The position numbers and the translations under genes were made by a program. From the IMG/VR virus record IMGVR_UViG_3300034025_000011, positions 1 to 39,468 of that record: a stretch of 39,468 nt of DNA; one strand, given 5' to 3'. The notes under the pieces were generated by a model that was not told the DNA's origin, searched no databases, and worked only from the letters and a program-made list of their open reading frames with translations. Shown here piece after piece: positions 24,686 through 35,640 of the stretch (its first letter is position 1; each line of letters starts with the position of its first letter). The stretch comes from a virus. Taxonomy: Duplodnaviria; Caudoviricetes.

Positions 24686-26767
24686 ATGTCAATTTCTAAA
24701 GCTGATCGCCACGCAAAGATTCATGAGGCTGCATTGCGTGAGTTTGACATGGTGTGGTCTGCTGTTCGTGATGAGCGTGCGCAATGCCTGGAGGATCGAC
24801 GTTTCTACAGCGTGGCAGGCGCGCAATGGGAAGGCAATCTCGGCGACCAGTTCGAGAATAAGCCGCGCTTTGAGATGAACAAAGTCCACTTGGCTGTTAT
24901 TCGCATCATCAATGAGTATCGTAATAACCGTATCGCCGTTGACTTCACGAGTAAGGACGGATCGGACAACGATAAGCTTGCTGATACCTGTGACGGGCTG
25001 TATCGCGCCGATGAACAAGACAGCAGCGCGCAGGAGGCATACGACAATGGCTTCGAGGAAGGCGTAGGCGGTGGCTTTGGAGCCTGGCGCTTGCGTGCTT
25101 GCTATGAGGATGACGACGATGACGATAATGACCAGCAGCGCATTGCTATTGAGCCTATCTTTGATGCTGACACTTGTGTGTTCTTTGACTTAGGAGCTAA
25201 GCGCCAGGACAAAGCCGATGCTAAGAAATGCTGGGTATTGTCTGGAATGACACGCGACGCCTATATCGAAGAGTATGACGACGATCCGGCAAGCTGGCCT
25301 AAAGACTTAGGTTGCGAGTATGACTGGGCGACAACTGATACGGTTTATATCGCTGAGTATTACAAGGTGGAAGAGGCCAATGAGATGGTCTATTTCTATC
25401 GTGGCATTGCGCTCAATGATGATGAGCCAAATGAGCGCCGAGTTAAGCAGTCCGAGTTAGATGATAATCCTGACCTGGAAACGGAGCTGCAAGCTACTGG
25501 CTTTCGTCGTGTACGTGAAAAGCGCATCAAGACAACTCAGGTGCGCAAGTACATCATGAGCGGCAGCAAGATTCTGGAAGATTGCGGGATCATCGCAGGC
25601 AAGAATATCCCTATCGTCCCTTTCTACGGTAAGCGCTGGTACGTTGATGGCATCGAGCGCTGCATGGGGCATGTTCGCCTAGCTAAAGACCCGCAGCGCC
25701 TTAAGAACATGCTTATCTCATCCCTTGCGGAGATTGCGTCACAGTTTGCAGTAGAGAAGCCTATATTCACTGCTGAGCAGGTTGCAGGCCATACGCAGAT
25801 GTGGCAAGACGACAACATAGCTAAGTATCCATTCTTACTCGTGAACCCGATTACTGACGCAAACGGGCAGACAATGCCAGCTGGACCTCTTGCATATACT
25901 AAGGCGCCAACACTTCCGCCTGCATTGGCTGGGCTGCTACAAGTGACTGAGCAAGACTTGCAAGACCTGCTAGGCAATCAACAGGCAGGCGAACAGATGC
26001 AGCCGAACATGAGCGGAAAGGCTGTTGAGCTAATCCAGAATCGCTTGGATATGCAAGTGTTTATCTACATGTCGAACATGTCTAAGGCTGTGAAGCGTTG
26101 CGGCGAGATTTGGCTCGATATGAAGAAGCAAATCAGCGTTGAGCCTGGCCGCAAGATGAAAACGATTAGTGCGGGCGGTGACGTTGGGTCAATTGAGCTA
26201 ATGAAGCCGATTGTCGATAAGGCCACAGGGGTAACAAAGGTTGAGAATGACCTAACAGAAGCATCGTTCGATGTTGTTGTCGATGTTGGCCCGTCAAGCG
26301 TAAGTCGACGTGCTGCAACAGTGCGCGCCATTACAGGCATGATGCAGCTAACGCAAGACCCTGAGACGGTCCAAGTATTGACCAGCATGGCAATGATGAA
26401 TATGGAAGGCGAAGGCATTGGCGACGTGCGCGACTTCTTCCGTGGCAAACTGTTGCGCATGGGTGCAGTTAAGCCTACTGAAGAAGAGAAAAAAGAATTG
26501 GAAACAGAGCAGCAAGCGTCAGCCGGTAAAGTTGACCCTAATGCAGAGTTCTTGAAAGCCAGCGCAACTAAAGCGCAGGCAGAGGCAGATAAATCGCTTG
26601 CTCAAGTTGGGCAAGTTAGAGCAGACACAATTAGCAAGTTGGCTGCAATTGAGCAGGGCCGTGAGGCGCACGCATTACAGCTCGCCCAGGGGCTTCAATC
26701 ATTGCAGCAGGCAACAGCACCACAACAAACGCAAGCGCCCCAGCCAGCGCCTAATATGCCCGTTTAA
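24686..26767 (+). CDS. P22-type portal protein
   Basis: 693 aa after terL; 'GAQWEG', 'GGGFGAWRL', 'IPIVPFYG', 'AKDPQRL.N', 'SGKAV'. Confidence 0.93.
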   Translation: MSISKADRHAKIHEAALREFDMVWSAVRDERAQCLEDRRFYSVAGAQWEGNLGDQFENKPRFEMNKVHLAVIRIINEYRNNRIAVDFTSKDGSDNDKLADTCDGLYRADEQDSSAQEAYDNGFEEGVGGGFGAWRLRACYEDDDDDDNDQQRIAIEPIFDADTCVFFDLGAKRQDKADAKKCWVLSGMTRDAYIEEYDDDPASWPKDLGCEYDWATTDTVYIAEYYKVEEANEMVYFYRGIALNDDEPNERRVKQSELDDNPDLETELQATGFRRVREKRIKTTQVRKYIMSGSKILEDCGIIAGKNIPIVPFYGKRWYVDGIERCMGHVRLAKDPQRLKNMLISSLAEIASQFAVEKPIFTAEQVAGHTQMWQDDNIAKYPFLLVNPITDANGQTMPAGPLAYTKAPTLPPALAGLLQVTEQDLQDLLGNQQAGEQMQPNMSGKAVELIQNRLDMQVFIYMSNMSKAVKRCGEIWLDMKKQISVEPGRKMKTISAGGDVGSIELMKPIVDKATGVTKVENDLTEASFDVVVDVGPSSVSRRAATVRAITGMMQLTQDPETVQVLTSMAMMNMEGEGIGDVRDFFRGKLLRMGAVKPTEEEKKELETEQQASAGKVDPNAEFLKASATKAQAEADKSLAQVGQVRADTISKLAAIEQGREAHALQLAQGLQSLQQATAPQQTQAPQPAPNMPV

Positions 26768-26867
26768 TAACGTGCATCTATTTGCTTTAAAGATAGTTAA
26801 GCGCTATCATCGCGCAAAAGGTATCCGCCAGCCTGAATTGGCGAGTTTAGATTAGGGTTCCAAATAA

Positions 26868-27725
26868 ATGGAAGACGAAAACGAGGTAATTTCGCAAGAA
26901 GATAATGAGCAAGAAGAGGAATTTGAATCAGAAGAAAGCGAGACGCTTGATACTGACAACAATGAATCAGAAGGCGAAGAGGATTCCGGCGAAGTTGTAG
27001 TTACCATCGGGGAGGACGCTCCAACCTCCGAAGAGCAAGAAGTAGAGTCAGCTCCAGCGTGGGTTAAAAACCTGCGGAAAGAGAATCGGGAATTGGCACG
27101 GGAGAACCGCGAGTATAAAAAGCGGTTGAGCGCGCCAGCAGAGCAAGTGGTTAAGCAGGCATTGCCTCCTAAGCCAACGCTCGCTTCTGTCGATTATGAC
27201 GAAGATGCTTATGATATTGCGCGGGACAATTGGGAAAAGGCTAAGCGCCAATTTGATGCCCAAGAAGAGAAAGCGCGAGCAGAGCAGAAAGCGCAACAAG
27301 AAGAATGGCAAGCCTCACAAGCTCAATACTTGCGAGCACGCGCTGAATTGAAAGTGAAAGATTTTGACGACGCCGAAGAAATGGCAAAATCAGTCTTAAC
27401 TGAGATTCAGCAAAGCATCCTGCTTGAAGCGACAAAGAACTCAGCATTAGTCGTCTACGCAATCGGCAAAAGCCCCGAAAAGGCAAAGCAACTTGCTTCA
27501 ATCAAGAACCCTATAAAATTCGCTGTAGCAATTGCAGAACTTGAAAAGGAATTGAAAGTGACCACACGCAAAGCCCCGCCACCACCAGAAAAGGCCGTGC
27601 GCGGCAACATGCCAGTGCTATCAACCGATTCTAAACTCGCAGCTCTTGAAAAAGAAGCCGACAAATCCGGCGACCGCTCTAAGGTGATCGCATACAAGCG
27701 ACAGATTAAAGCCAAGAACGCATAA
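26868..27725 (+). CDS. Scaffolding protein
   Basis: Acidic N-terminus, coiled coil, C-terminal helix-turn-helix ending 'VIAYKRQ'; between portal and coat. Confidence 0.85.
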   Translation: MEDENEVISQEDNEQEEEFESEESETLDTDNNESEGEEDSGEVVVTIGEDAPTSEEQEVESAPAWVKNLRKENRELARENREYKKRLSAPAEQVVKQALPPKPTLASVDYDEDAYDIARDNWEKAKRQFDAQEEKARAEQKAQQEEWQASQAQYLRARAELKVKDFDDAEEMAKSVLTEIQQSILLEATKNSALVVYAIGKSPEKAKQLASIKNPIKFAVAIAELEKELKVTTRKAPPPPEKAVRGNMPVLSTDSKLAALEKEADKSGDRSKVIAYKRQIKAKNA

Positions 27726-27746
27726 ACCAATTCAGAAAGAAATAGA

Positions 27747-29012
27747 ATGGCAAATCAATTCACACGTGAAGTAACTGTAATGTTTGAAGAAATGGTAATG
27801 GGCTTCGATGACATGCTCACTACCGGCAAACTTGCAAACAAGTTCCGCCCTGCGTCCGACACTGAAATGCAACGATCCGGTGATCAGATGTGGATTCCAG
27901 CGCCTAACATCGCTGCTTCATATGATGGCTTCGACCAAACGTCGAACTTCGGTGATTTTACCGATATGGTGATTCCGATTTCTATCGGTTTTCATAAGTC
28001 GGCTAACGGCAAAATGTCGGCCAAAGATTTGCGCGATCCACTACAGCTGGCTAACTATGCCAAAGCAGCTAAGCAAAAGCTGTCGTCTGATGTCAATCTG
28101 GCACTGTTCAATACGGTTGCACTGCAAGGCTCGCAAGTAGTCAAGCGTACGACTGCGCCAACTGGATACGATGATATCGCCCTGGCTGATGCTCAGCTGA
28201 CCGAACAAGGTATTACCACGGCTGACCGTGTAATGCTGCTATCGCCGCGTTCGTACAATGCTATGGCCTCGAACTTGGCTAAGCCACAAACAAGTGGTCT
28301 AAGCCAAACTATGACTGCGTTTGAAAAGTCGTACCTTGGCGCTGTTGCTGGCTTTGACACGTACAAGAACGATCAGACATTCCGCTTGACTGCTGCTGGC
28401 GGCGGCACAACTACTGTCAATGGTGCTAACCAGTATTGGGTTCCAAAGGCCACTTCGACAGCAGCAACCGGCGAAACGGCTAACGTCGATAATCGTTACT
28501 CGACGCTGGCTGTTACTGCAACCACGTACGCTAACATCAAGGCCGGTGACGCTTTCACCATTGCAGGCGTGAACTCTGTTCACATGATTACCAAGCAAGA
28601 CACTGGACAATTGCAAACCTTCCGCGTAATCGGCAAGCCAGCAGCAGGCGTGATCTTGGTTGCTCCGGCCATTATCTCAGGCGGTGGCGGCACTAAGGCA
28701 GAACTGGAATACCGCAATGTGACTGCAACCCCAGCAAATGGCGCCGCAATTACTTGGCTGAATACGGTTACTGCTGATGTGAACCCGTTCTTCATCAAGG
28801 ACAATCTGCTGTTGATTCCTGGCTCGTTCACTGTCAAGGCAGAGGATGGCTGGAAGTCGATGACCGGCACAACTGAGCTTGGCATTGCGATTACCTATGT
28901 TGAGCAAGGCAACATCAATGATCTGTCGGTTAAGTATCGTTGGGATATTGACTTCGGTACGTCGTTGCTGCAACCACAGTTCGCAGGCATTGAGTTGTTT
29001 AATCAAACGTAA
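27747..29012 (+). CDS. Major capsid protein (P22 coat family)
   Basis: 421 aa; 'AKQKLSSDVN', 'NVDNR', 'KAGDAFTIAGV'. Confidence 0.93.
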   Translation: MANQFTREVTVMFEEMVMGFDDMLTTGKLANKFRPASDTEMQRSGDQMWIPAPNIAASYDGFDQTSNFGDFTDMVIPISIGFHKSANGKMSAKDLRDPLQLANYAKAAKQKLSSDVNLALFNTVALQGSQVVKRTTAPTGYDDIALADAQLTEQGITTADRVMLLSPRSYNAMASNLAKPQTSGLSQTMTAFEKSYLGAVAGFDTYKNDQTFRLTAAGGGTTTVNGANQYWVPKATSTAATGETANVDNRYSTLAVTATTYANIKAGDAFTIAGVNSVHMITKQDTGQLQTFRVIGKPAAGVILVAPAIISGGGGTKAELEYRNVTATPANGAAITWLNTVTADVNPFFIKDNLLLIPGSFTVKAEDGWKSMTGTTELGIAITYVEQGNINDLSVKYRWDIDFGTSLLQPQFAGIELFNQT

Positions 29013-29071
29013 TGCGATAATTGATAGGGCGGTAATTCTGCCGCTCTATCAATCACAAACATAGGATTATC

Positions 29072-29530
29072 ATGACTACCAAGAAAATCGCCAAAGATGA
29101 ATCAAAGCCAGATGAAAACGTTAAGCATTTTCCAGAGCTGAGCGAAGAGGAAAAGACCGAAGCGGAAAAGGAAGGCGTCAAGGCCGCAATGGCTCAAAGC
29201 GCACAAACCAATTTCGCAACTCAAAGCGCTACCGAAGCGCCTGATTATGTGGGCGACCGCTGGCCGGATCGTCACGAAATCATGCGCTTTGCTCATATCA
29301 TCGATCTTGGCCTTGACGCATTCAAGAAAGCCATTGCTGATGATGCTGAAAGCCTTATCCCCGAAGGCAAGGTTGCTGGATTGCTCGAACTTGAGCGCTC
29401 TGGCAAAAACCGCACTGAGTATGTCAATGCGCTGTGCAAGCGTCTCGGCGTGAAGTCGCCACTTGAAGTGACTTCCGCAGGTCCTGGCCATACTAACGAC
29501 GTAACGCCTGTTGCGGTATTGGCTAAGTAA
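29072..29530 (+). CDS. Hypothetical protein (head module)
   Basis: AGGA RBS; 'LLELERSGKNR' motif; followed by a terminator. Confidence 0.7.
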   Translation: MTTKKIAKDESKPDENVKHFPELSEEEKTEAEKEGVKAAMAQSAQTNFATQSATEAPDYVGDRWPDRHEIMRFAHIIDLGLDAFKKAIADDAESLIPEGKVAGLLELERSGKNRTEYVNALCKRLGVKSPLEVTSAGPGHTNDVTPVAVLAK

Positions 29531-29536
29531 TCACAG

Positions 29537-29559
29537 TCCCCGGTTCGCCGGGGATTTTT
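29537..29559 (+). terminator. Intrinsic terminator
   Basis: TCCCGG-TTCG-CCGGGA followed by TTTTT. Confidence 0.8.
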
Positions 29560-29572
29560 CAAAAGGCTTGCA

Positions 29573-29905
29573 ATGAACCGTAATCCAGACTTTCCGCGCA
29601 TGATTTATCAAGTTGGCGACCAAGAAGCAATGCACGGTAGCCACTTCAACTATATGACGGTTGAGGATCAAGATACGCTAGACGCTCTGCTTTCTATGGG
29701 GTGGCATATGACTACCGAAGAAGCAAAGAATGCTGCTATCGTCCTGCCTGAGCCTGTTACTGGCGCTATTGATACGGTTGATGAAGACTCAGAGCCTACG
29801 CGTGCTGAATTGGAAATGAAAGCTAACGAGTTGGGCATTAAGTTTGATGGCCGCACGACTGATCGCAAGTTAAACACGCTGATTATTGACAAACTGGCGG
29901 AATAA
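29573..29905 (+). CDS. Hypothetical protein (head module)
   Basis: 'PTRAELEMKANELGIKFDGRT' small helical motif. Confidence 0.7.
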   Translation: MNRNPDFPRMIYQVGDQEAMHGSHFNYMTVEDQDTLDALLSMGWHMTTEEAKNAAIVLPEPVTGAIDTVDEDSEPTRAELEMKANELGIKFDGRTTDRKLNTLIIDKLAE

Positions 29906-30391
29906 ATGAGCTGGCTTAAACGAGAACTCGTTTCAGAAGCATACGCAGAGATTGCAATGCATGATTCGGTATTCAATATTGACCCTGACATGCTCGCAAC
30001 CGCGTTGCGCCGCCTTGATGCCATGATGGCGACATGGAATGCAAAAGGTATCCGTGTCGGCTATAACCTGCCATCTCTCGCTGATGGATCAAATCTTCAG
30101 GATGATTCAGGATTGCCTGATGCAGCTTATGAAGCCGTTATCCTTAATCTTGCTATTCGTTTGGCGCCAGGCGTAGGCAAGGCTATTACTCCAGCAACAG
30201 CAGGCGCGGCTAAACAGGCATACGATACATTGCTCGCTATTTGTGCTAAGCCAGGCCCTATGCGATTTCCTAGCACGCTTCCAAGCGGTTCAGGTAATCG
30301 ACATAGATACTCATATGGCCGCGATTTTATGCGACAATCTGCTCCTGACATAACCGCTGGTAAAAACGACAGCGATTTAGATTTCAACTGA
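29906..30391 (+). CDS. Head-to-tail adaptor (P22 gp4-like)
   Basis: 'ALRRLDAMMATW', 'NLAIRLAP', 'LPSGSGN'. Confidence 0.88.
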   Translation: MSWLKRELVSEAYAEIAMHDSVFNIDPDMLATALRRLDAMMATWNAKGIRVGYNLPSLADGSNLQDDSGLPDAAYEAVILNLAIRLAPGVGKAITPATAGAAKQAYDTLLAICAKPGPMRFPSTLPSGSGNRHRYSYGRDFMRQSAPDITAGKNDSDLDFN

Positions 30392-30397
30392 GGATTT

Positions 30398-30859
30398 ATG
30401 CAAATCAATCAACTTACTTCGCTAGATTCTCTGTCAGGCGGCGATCAAGTCGTTGTTTTCTCAACTGCCAATGGTGATACGCGAAAAATCTCTGCTGCGG
30501 CACTTCGTAGTTTTATTGCTGATGGTTATGTAGATAGCTTACGTGAGAGCGCGCAGTATTTAGCACCAAATACAACCGGCTTCACGGTAACGATTCAGCC
30601 AGTAACAGGCGGCAATGATAAATGGCTCAAGATGATGCCATCGGCTACTCTTGCGGCTGGAACAATCACTTTGCCTGACGTAACAACAGCAGATGATGGG
30701 CAGGAGCTTCTTGTTACTAGCACGCAGGCCATTACAGCGCTTACAGTAGCCGCGAATGGAGCAACTAGCGTATATGGTGCGCCTACTACATTGGCCGCTA
30801 ACGGGTTCTTTAAACTCCGGTATGACTTGGTTTCTAAGTCATGGTTTCGGATAGGGTAA
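30398..30859 (+). CDS. Putative virion structural protein
   Basis: Thr/Gly-rich beta-type sequence ending 'WFRIG'. Confidence 0.65.
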   Translation: MQINQLTSLDSLSGGDQVVVFSTANGDTRKISAAALRSFIADGYVDSLRESAQYLAPNTTGFTVTIQPVTGGNDKWLKMMPSATLAAGTITLPDVTTADDGQELLVTSTQAITALTVAANGATSVYGAPTTLAANGFFKLRYDLVSKSWFRIG

Positions 30860-30938
30860 TACAATTAGCTCCACCCATATATGGCTTGACTAGGGATTGA
30901 TCCCGCCTATCAGACTATCTTATTTAATCAAGGAAACT

Positions 30939-33272
30939 ATGACCACGATTACAGCAGGGCAAACAGCAACTTTCACCATTCCGCAAGGCCAGGTTGCACA
31001 GGTAAAAGGGGATGGGATCGCCGTTCTTATGGCGCCTGTTAGCTCGCCAATTAGCATCCAAGGGCAGGCTACACTAGGCCCATACGGGTTTGCTCGCATT
31101 GTGTCGTTGACAGCTATTTTGCCAATTGATTATACGGTAGGAGTGCTGCCAAGTAGTGGCACATCTGGAGCTACAGTGGGGCTGCTTGGGATCGTTTCAC
31201 GCCCAGTAATTTCGACGCCTGCTACTGCTGGCGCATCTATTGGCGCTACTTCTGCTTTGTTTGCAGGAACGCCATCGCCAACTACGGCTATTCAATGGCT
31301 ACGTGATGGTGTGGCAATTAGTGGAGCCACCTCCATTCCTTATGCTTCTATTAGTAGCGATGCAGGGAAATCTTTGGTTTTGCGCACAACAGCTACTAAT
31401 ACGTCAGGGACAATTACCTCAGATAGTGATGCCGTAGTTGTTGGCGCAGCAGCAGGCGGCACAGCTACGGTTATAACTACTTTTCCTTATACATTGCAAT
31501 CTAGCGATTTGGGGAAAACGCTGAGCTTGCAGCCAACAGGAACATCTGAAGTTTCTGTTATTTATCCAACAGGCCTTGGCACTTCCTTTAATTGCACATT
31601 GACGCAGCCAACAAATATTAAGAATCCTATTGGCGTTACAGAAGCAAGCGGGACTGTTGGTAAGAATTCAAACGGCCTGTTTATTTCATCGTCAGCCACT
31701 CAGGCTAAAGGGCTTGGTTCCCCTATGTTGCGCGGCCCTGGCGCTAATGTAACAGTAACGGCGTCGGCGGCAGATCAATTTGTACTTGGCGGCGATGTAG
31801 GTAAGTGGCAGCAGATCGCGCAGCACACGAATTACCCTGGTCAATTCCAATCCGGTTTGCGCCAAATGGTTTCGCGCACCGTGCATAAAGTGCCAGGCGG
31901 GAAAGCGGGCGGATTTTTTACAGCGATCAAGTTTCTGTATACAAACGTTTATGCTGCAACTGAAAATACGGCGCCAGCCGATATCCAGATCACATGCTCG
32001 CTTGAATATCCTCTCGACCCTTCCACAGTGCCAGTCCAAGGCACTTTTAATGGCGGATCGCCTATTGTTACTTTGCCAGGCGGCGTAAAAACACTAGTGG
32101 CGACGGACCCTATTTACCCTAATACACCTATTCCTGTTGGAGCCTTGATTGGCTCACGTACGTGGCAGGGAGGCTCAGGTGGCCTTGTTTATAATACTGG
32201 CCGTGATCGTCAAGATTATTGGACGTACGGCACAACGGCCGGGACTGATCTGGACAGGACTATGCAGCTGTATAGCGCCTTCCCTGCTTTGAGCTACACG
32301 CTTGCAGGGACAGGTATCGCGTCGCCACAAACATTGCGCCCAATTGGTATCATTGGAGTAACCGATACTGGCGCAATTATCATTATCGGTACGTCGCGCG
32401 ACATGCCAAGTAACGGCGATTGGCCGACTGTTGGAGGTAGTGGGTTGACTGGTGAGGCAGAACGGACTTGGGGGCGTCAAGGGGCATTTATTAATATCGC
32501 TGCTGCAACGGACAGCATGGGCGGATCTTGGTTGACAGGTAACGTTGCTAATAGTTCGTTACGTCGTCAAATGTTCCAGTATGGCGGCCATGTAGTTAAT
32601 AATTACGGTGTCAACGATTTGAATGCAGGGACGGCTGCTAATATTGCATCGCTTTATACGAGCACCTACAACACAAGCGCGGAATTTCTTGGTCGTAATA
32701 TGTACCTAAATACGATTACGACGTCATTAGTTGGTACAACAGATTACTTTACCACTACAACGAATCAATCTCAGACAAGTCCAACTAATGAGGCAAAACG
32801 CGTTGCAGTCAATGATATGATCCGCGCTGGCACGATTGCGCGCCAAACCGGATATGCTGATATCGCCGATACAACGGAAACCGCTCGCAATAGTGGTTTG
32901 TTGAAAGTAAACTCACGTGGTAGAACTGTTGCGGATGCTGCTATTTCTGTTGGTAGTAATGTACTCACCAGCGCATCGGCTGCATTTACCTCTGCTGATG
33001 ATAATTGCTATATCACGCTTCCAATGGGAACAACAGGCGCTTATGTAACAGCTACAATGAAATATGTCAACGCTACTACAGTAAATCTTGTCTCTTACTT
33101 CCAATTATCTAACTTCAATGCTATTACGGCTGTAGCGGCAGGGCAAAACGTGTATTTGTGCTCTCTGGAAGTTATGCAATCCGATGGCAACCACGAAATG
33201 CAGCGTGGCGGTAACATTATCGAAGCATTGGTAGTCGCGCCAACAATCCCAGTAGTTGGTCCAGTGAATTAA
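30939..33272 (+). CDS. Virion-associated Ig-like + SGNH-hydrolase-like protein (probable start MTTITAG)
   Basis: Ig-like 'QWLRDGVAISGAT'; SGNH-like blocks 'IIGTS', 'YGVND', 'DGNH'. Confidence 0.65.
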   Translation: MTTITAGQTATFTIPQGQVAQVKGDGIAVLMAPVSSPISIQGQATLGPYGFARIVSLTAILPIDYTVGVLPSSGTSGATVGLLGIVSRPVISTPATAGASIGATSALFAGTPSPTTAIQWLRDGVAISGATSIPYASISSDAGKSLVLRTTATNTSGTITSDSDAVVVGAAAGGTATVITTFPYTLQSSDLGKTLSLQPTGTSEVSVIYPTGLGTSFNCTLTQPTNIKNPIGVTEASGTVGKNSNGLFISSSATQAKGLGSPMLRGPGANVTVTASAADQFVLGGDVGKWQQIAQHTNYPGQFQSGLRQMVSRTVHKVPGGKAGGFFTAIKFLYTNVYAATENTAPADIQITCSLEYPLDPSTVPVQGTFNGGSPIVTLPGGVKTLVATDPIYPNTPIPVGALIGSRTWQGGSGGLVYNTGRDRQDYWTYGTTAGTDLDRTMQLYSAFPALSYTLAGTGIASPQTLRPIGIIGVTDTGAIIIIGTSRDMPSNGDWPTVGGSGLTGEAERTWGRQGAFINIAAATDSMGGSWLTGNVANSSLRRQMFQYGGHVVNNYGVNDLNAGTAANIASLYTSTYNTSAEFLGRNMYLNTITTSLVGTTDYFTTTTNQSQTSPTNEAKRVAVNDMIRAGTIARQTGYADIADTTETARNSGLLKVNSRGRTVADAAISVGSNVLTSASAAFTSADDNCYITLPMGTTGAYVTATMKYVNATTVNLVSYFQLSNFNAITAVAAGQNVYLCSLEVMQSDGNHEMQRGGNIIEALVVAPTIPVVGPVN

Positions 33273-33274
33273 GT

Positions 33275-34666
33275 ATGCAAATACCTATCATCAATGGGAT
33301 ATACACGGATAAGACTGGCGAATATCGCACGTCTTATCCTGTAAATTTGATTCCTGTTCCTAAGTCTAATGGGATATCAGCGGGATATTTGCGACCTGCT
33401 GATGGCATAAACTATTTTTCGGAAGGCACTGGCATATCAAGAGGCGGTATAAACTGGAATGGTAATTTGTATCGCGTGATGGGCGATTACCTAGTCAAGA
33501 TTGATTCCCTTGGGGGTGTAGCTAATCTTGGCCCGATTGATGGTTATGGGCCTGTGACATTTGATTATTCATTTGATTTACTATCGATTTCTGGTGGAGG
33601 CAAGCTTTATTACTATGATGGCTCGCTATTGCGACAAGTAACTGATGCGGACTTAGGCCTAGTGAATGACCATTTGTGGGTTGACGGTTACTTCATGACA
33701 ACTGATGGCACATATTTAGTTGTCACAGAACTGAATGACCCTTTTTCAGTTAATCCGCTCAAGTATGGCTCAAGCGAGGCTGATCCTGATCCTATTATGG
33801 CGATTCAGAAAATTAGGAATGAAGTTACTGCATTAAATCGATATACGTGCGAGACGTTTGATAACGTAGGCGGCGACTTATTCCCATTTGCACGTATTGA
33901 AGGCGCTCAATTAGGTCGTGGCTGCATTGGAACTCATGCTTGCACAGTATTTATGGATTCGCTTACTTTCCTTGGTAGCGGACGGAATGAGTCTCCTGCT
34001 GTGTATGCAGGGCGCAATGGGGAGACGCAAAAGATTAGCACGCGAGAAATTGACACAATTATCCAGTCATATACAGAGGTGCAACTATCCCAGGCTGTAC
34101 TAGAAGTAAAGTGTGACAAGTCGCATCAGCATTTATATGTTCACCTAATAGATAAAACGTTGGTATTTGATGGCGCTGCAAGTACAGAGTTAGGCACTCC
34201 AGTTTGGTTTATTCTGAATAGCCCAAATGGAATGTACAAAGCTCGATATCACGTTTGGGTTTATGATAAGTGGCATGTCGGTGATCCCGCATCAAATAAA
34301 CTTGGCGTACTTACGAGCGAGACAAGCGCGCAATATGGCGAAAAAATCATATGGGAATTTGGTACAGCGATTGTCTACAATGCAGGATTTGGCGCGGTCT
34401 TTCATATGCTTGAACTTTCTACGCTTCCTGGCCGCGTTGTTTTTGGCTCCGACCCCGTTATTTGGACATCATATTCAATTGATGGCGAAACATGGAGCGA
34501 AGAAAAGTATTGCAAAGCAGGGAAGCAGGGCGACAGAACTAAGCGTATTACTTGGATTAAGCAAGGATCAATGAACAATTGGAGAATCCAGAAATTCAGA
34601 GGTAATAGTGATTCGCACTGTTCATTTTCACGCCTAGAGGTTCAATTGGAGCCGTTAAATGGCTGA
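33275..34666 (+). CDS. Tail hub / DNA stabilization protein (P22 gp10-like)
   Basis: 463 aa; 'YPVNL.P', 'LYRVMG', 'SSEADPD'. Confidence 0.9.
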   Translation: MQIPIINGIYTDKTGEYRTSYPVNLIPVPKSNGISAGYLRPADGINYFSEGTGISRGGINWNGNLYRVMGDYLVKIDSLGGVANLGPIDGYGPVTFDYSFDLLSISGGGKLYYYDGSLLRQVTDADLGLVNDHLWVDGYFMTTDGTYLVVTELNDPFSVNPLKYGSSEADPDPIMAIQKIRNEVTALNRYTCETFDNVGGDLFPFARIEGAQLGRGCIGTHACTVFMDSLTFLGSGRNESPAVYAGRNGETQKISTREIDTIIQSYTEVQLSQAVLEVKCDKSHQHLYVHLIDKTLVFDGAASTELGTPVWFILNSPNGMYKARYHVWVYDKWHVGDPASNKLGVLTSETSAQYGEKIIWEFGTAIVYNAGFGAVFHMLELSTLPGRVVFGSDPVIWTSYSIDGETWSEEKYCKAGKQGDRTKRITWIKQGSMNNWRIQKFRGNSDSHCSFSRLEVQLEPLNG

Positions 34667-35216
34667 GACTACATCTAAGTTTGACCGTCAATTACTAGCC
34701 CAGGTTTTCAAAAATCCTCAAGCAATCCGAGCTTTTGAAAACCTGCAAAAAACATCGACTGAGAACACTGATGGCATACTTGCTGCACAACAAACAGCGA
34801 CAGCAGCTGGCGTGGCTGCAAGCGCAGCAAATGCATCAGCAGCAGCGGCCAATGTTACTGCTGGAACAGCGAATACAAATGCAACTAGTGCAGCTACATC
34901 AGCGGCATCAGCATCGCTTAAAGCTGTAGAGGCTCAAGACTATGCCGCAAATGCATATGCAATAGCAGCAAGAGCTGATGCCGCTAATAACCGAATGGCG
35001 AACGATCTTTCAGATTTGGAGTTTAAGCCGCTCCCTTTTATTGGCACTATGGCGCTTCAAAATGATGACTATGTTTCTATAGGTCAGTTTGGGGCCAATG
35101 GGAAGGCGCCTCAATCCGCATATTCTCTAGGCGCCGCTGCAACTGATTTAGCCACTGCTATCACTCTAGCCAACAATATACGTTTAGCTCTTATCGCTTG
35201 CGGAATCGGACAATAA
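34659..35216 (+). CDS. Putative tail needle (gp26 position)
   Basis: Ala-rich coiled coil immediately after gp10. Confidence 0.55.
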   Translation: MAETTSKFDRQLLAQVFKNPQAIRAFENLQKTSTENTDGILAAQQTATAAGVAASAANASAAAANVTAGTANTNATSAATSAASASLKAVEAQDYAANAYAIAARADAANNRMANDLSDLEFKPLPFIGTMALQNDDYVSIGQFGANGKAPQSAYSLGAAATDLATAITLANNIRLALIACGIGQ

Positions 35217-35217
35217 A

Positions 35218-35547
35218 ATGACAACTGTAACTAAAGTTTTTTTGCAGCCAAAATATGCAGAGGCGGCACAAACAACGCAATATACATCTCCTGTAAATAC
35301 AGTAATTGATAAAATAACTGCCACTAATGTGTCAGCGTCTAACCAGTTAATAAAAGTTAGCTTGGTTCAAGCTGGCCAATCGGCTGTTACTGCGCCCCTT
35401 ACAGTTGCTGTGACATTAGCGGCTGGAAAGACTTATCATTTCCCTGAGATGGTCGGCCACTATCTCGGAGTCAATGACTACATATCAACCTTGGCCGGTG
35501 CGGCATCTTCTGTTGCTCTTAGAATTAGTGGGCGTGAACTTACTTGA
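35218..35547 (+). CDS. Putative structural protein
   Basis: 109 aa beta-rich; 'TYHFPEMVGH', 'ISGRE'. Confidence 0.65.
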   Translation: MTTVTKVFLQPKYAEAAQTTQYTSPVNTVIDKITATNVSASNQLIKVSLVQAGQSAVTAPLTVAVTLAAGKTYHFPEMVGHYLGVNDYISTLAGAASSVALRISGRELT

Positions 35548-35640
35548 TCCATAGTGCAATTGGACAAGAAACAACATATAATTGCGCCAGCTGAGCCTAT
35601 TGCGTAACCAGCGACGCAACCGCCCCACATGGGAGTGTAG

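Noticed and set aside
24689-30864. Numerous antisense ORFs in the structural module
   Set aside because: Shadows of well-supported plus-strand genes.
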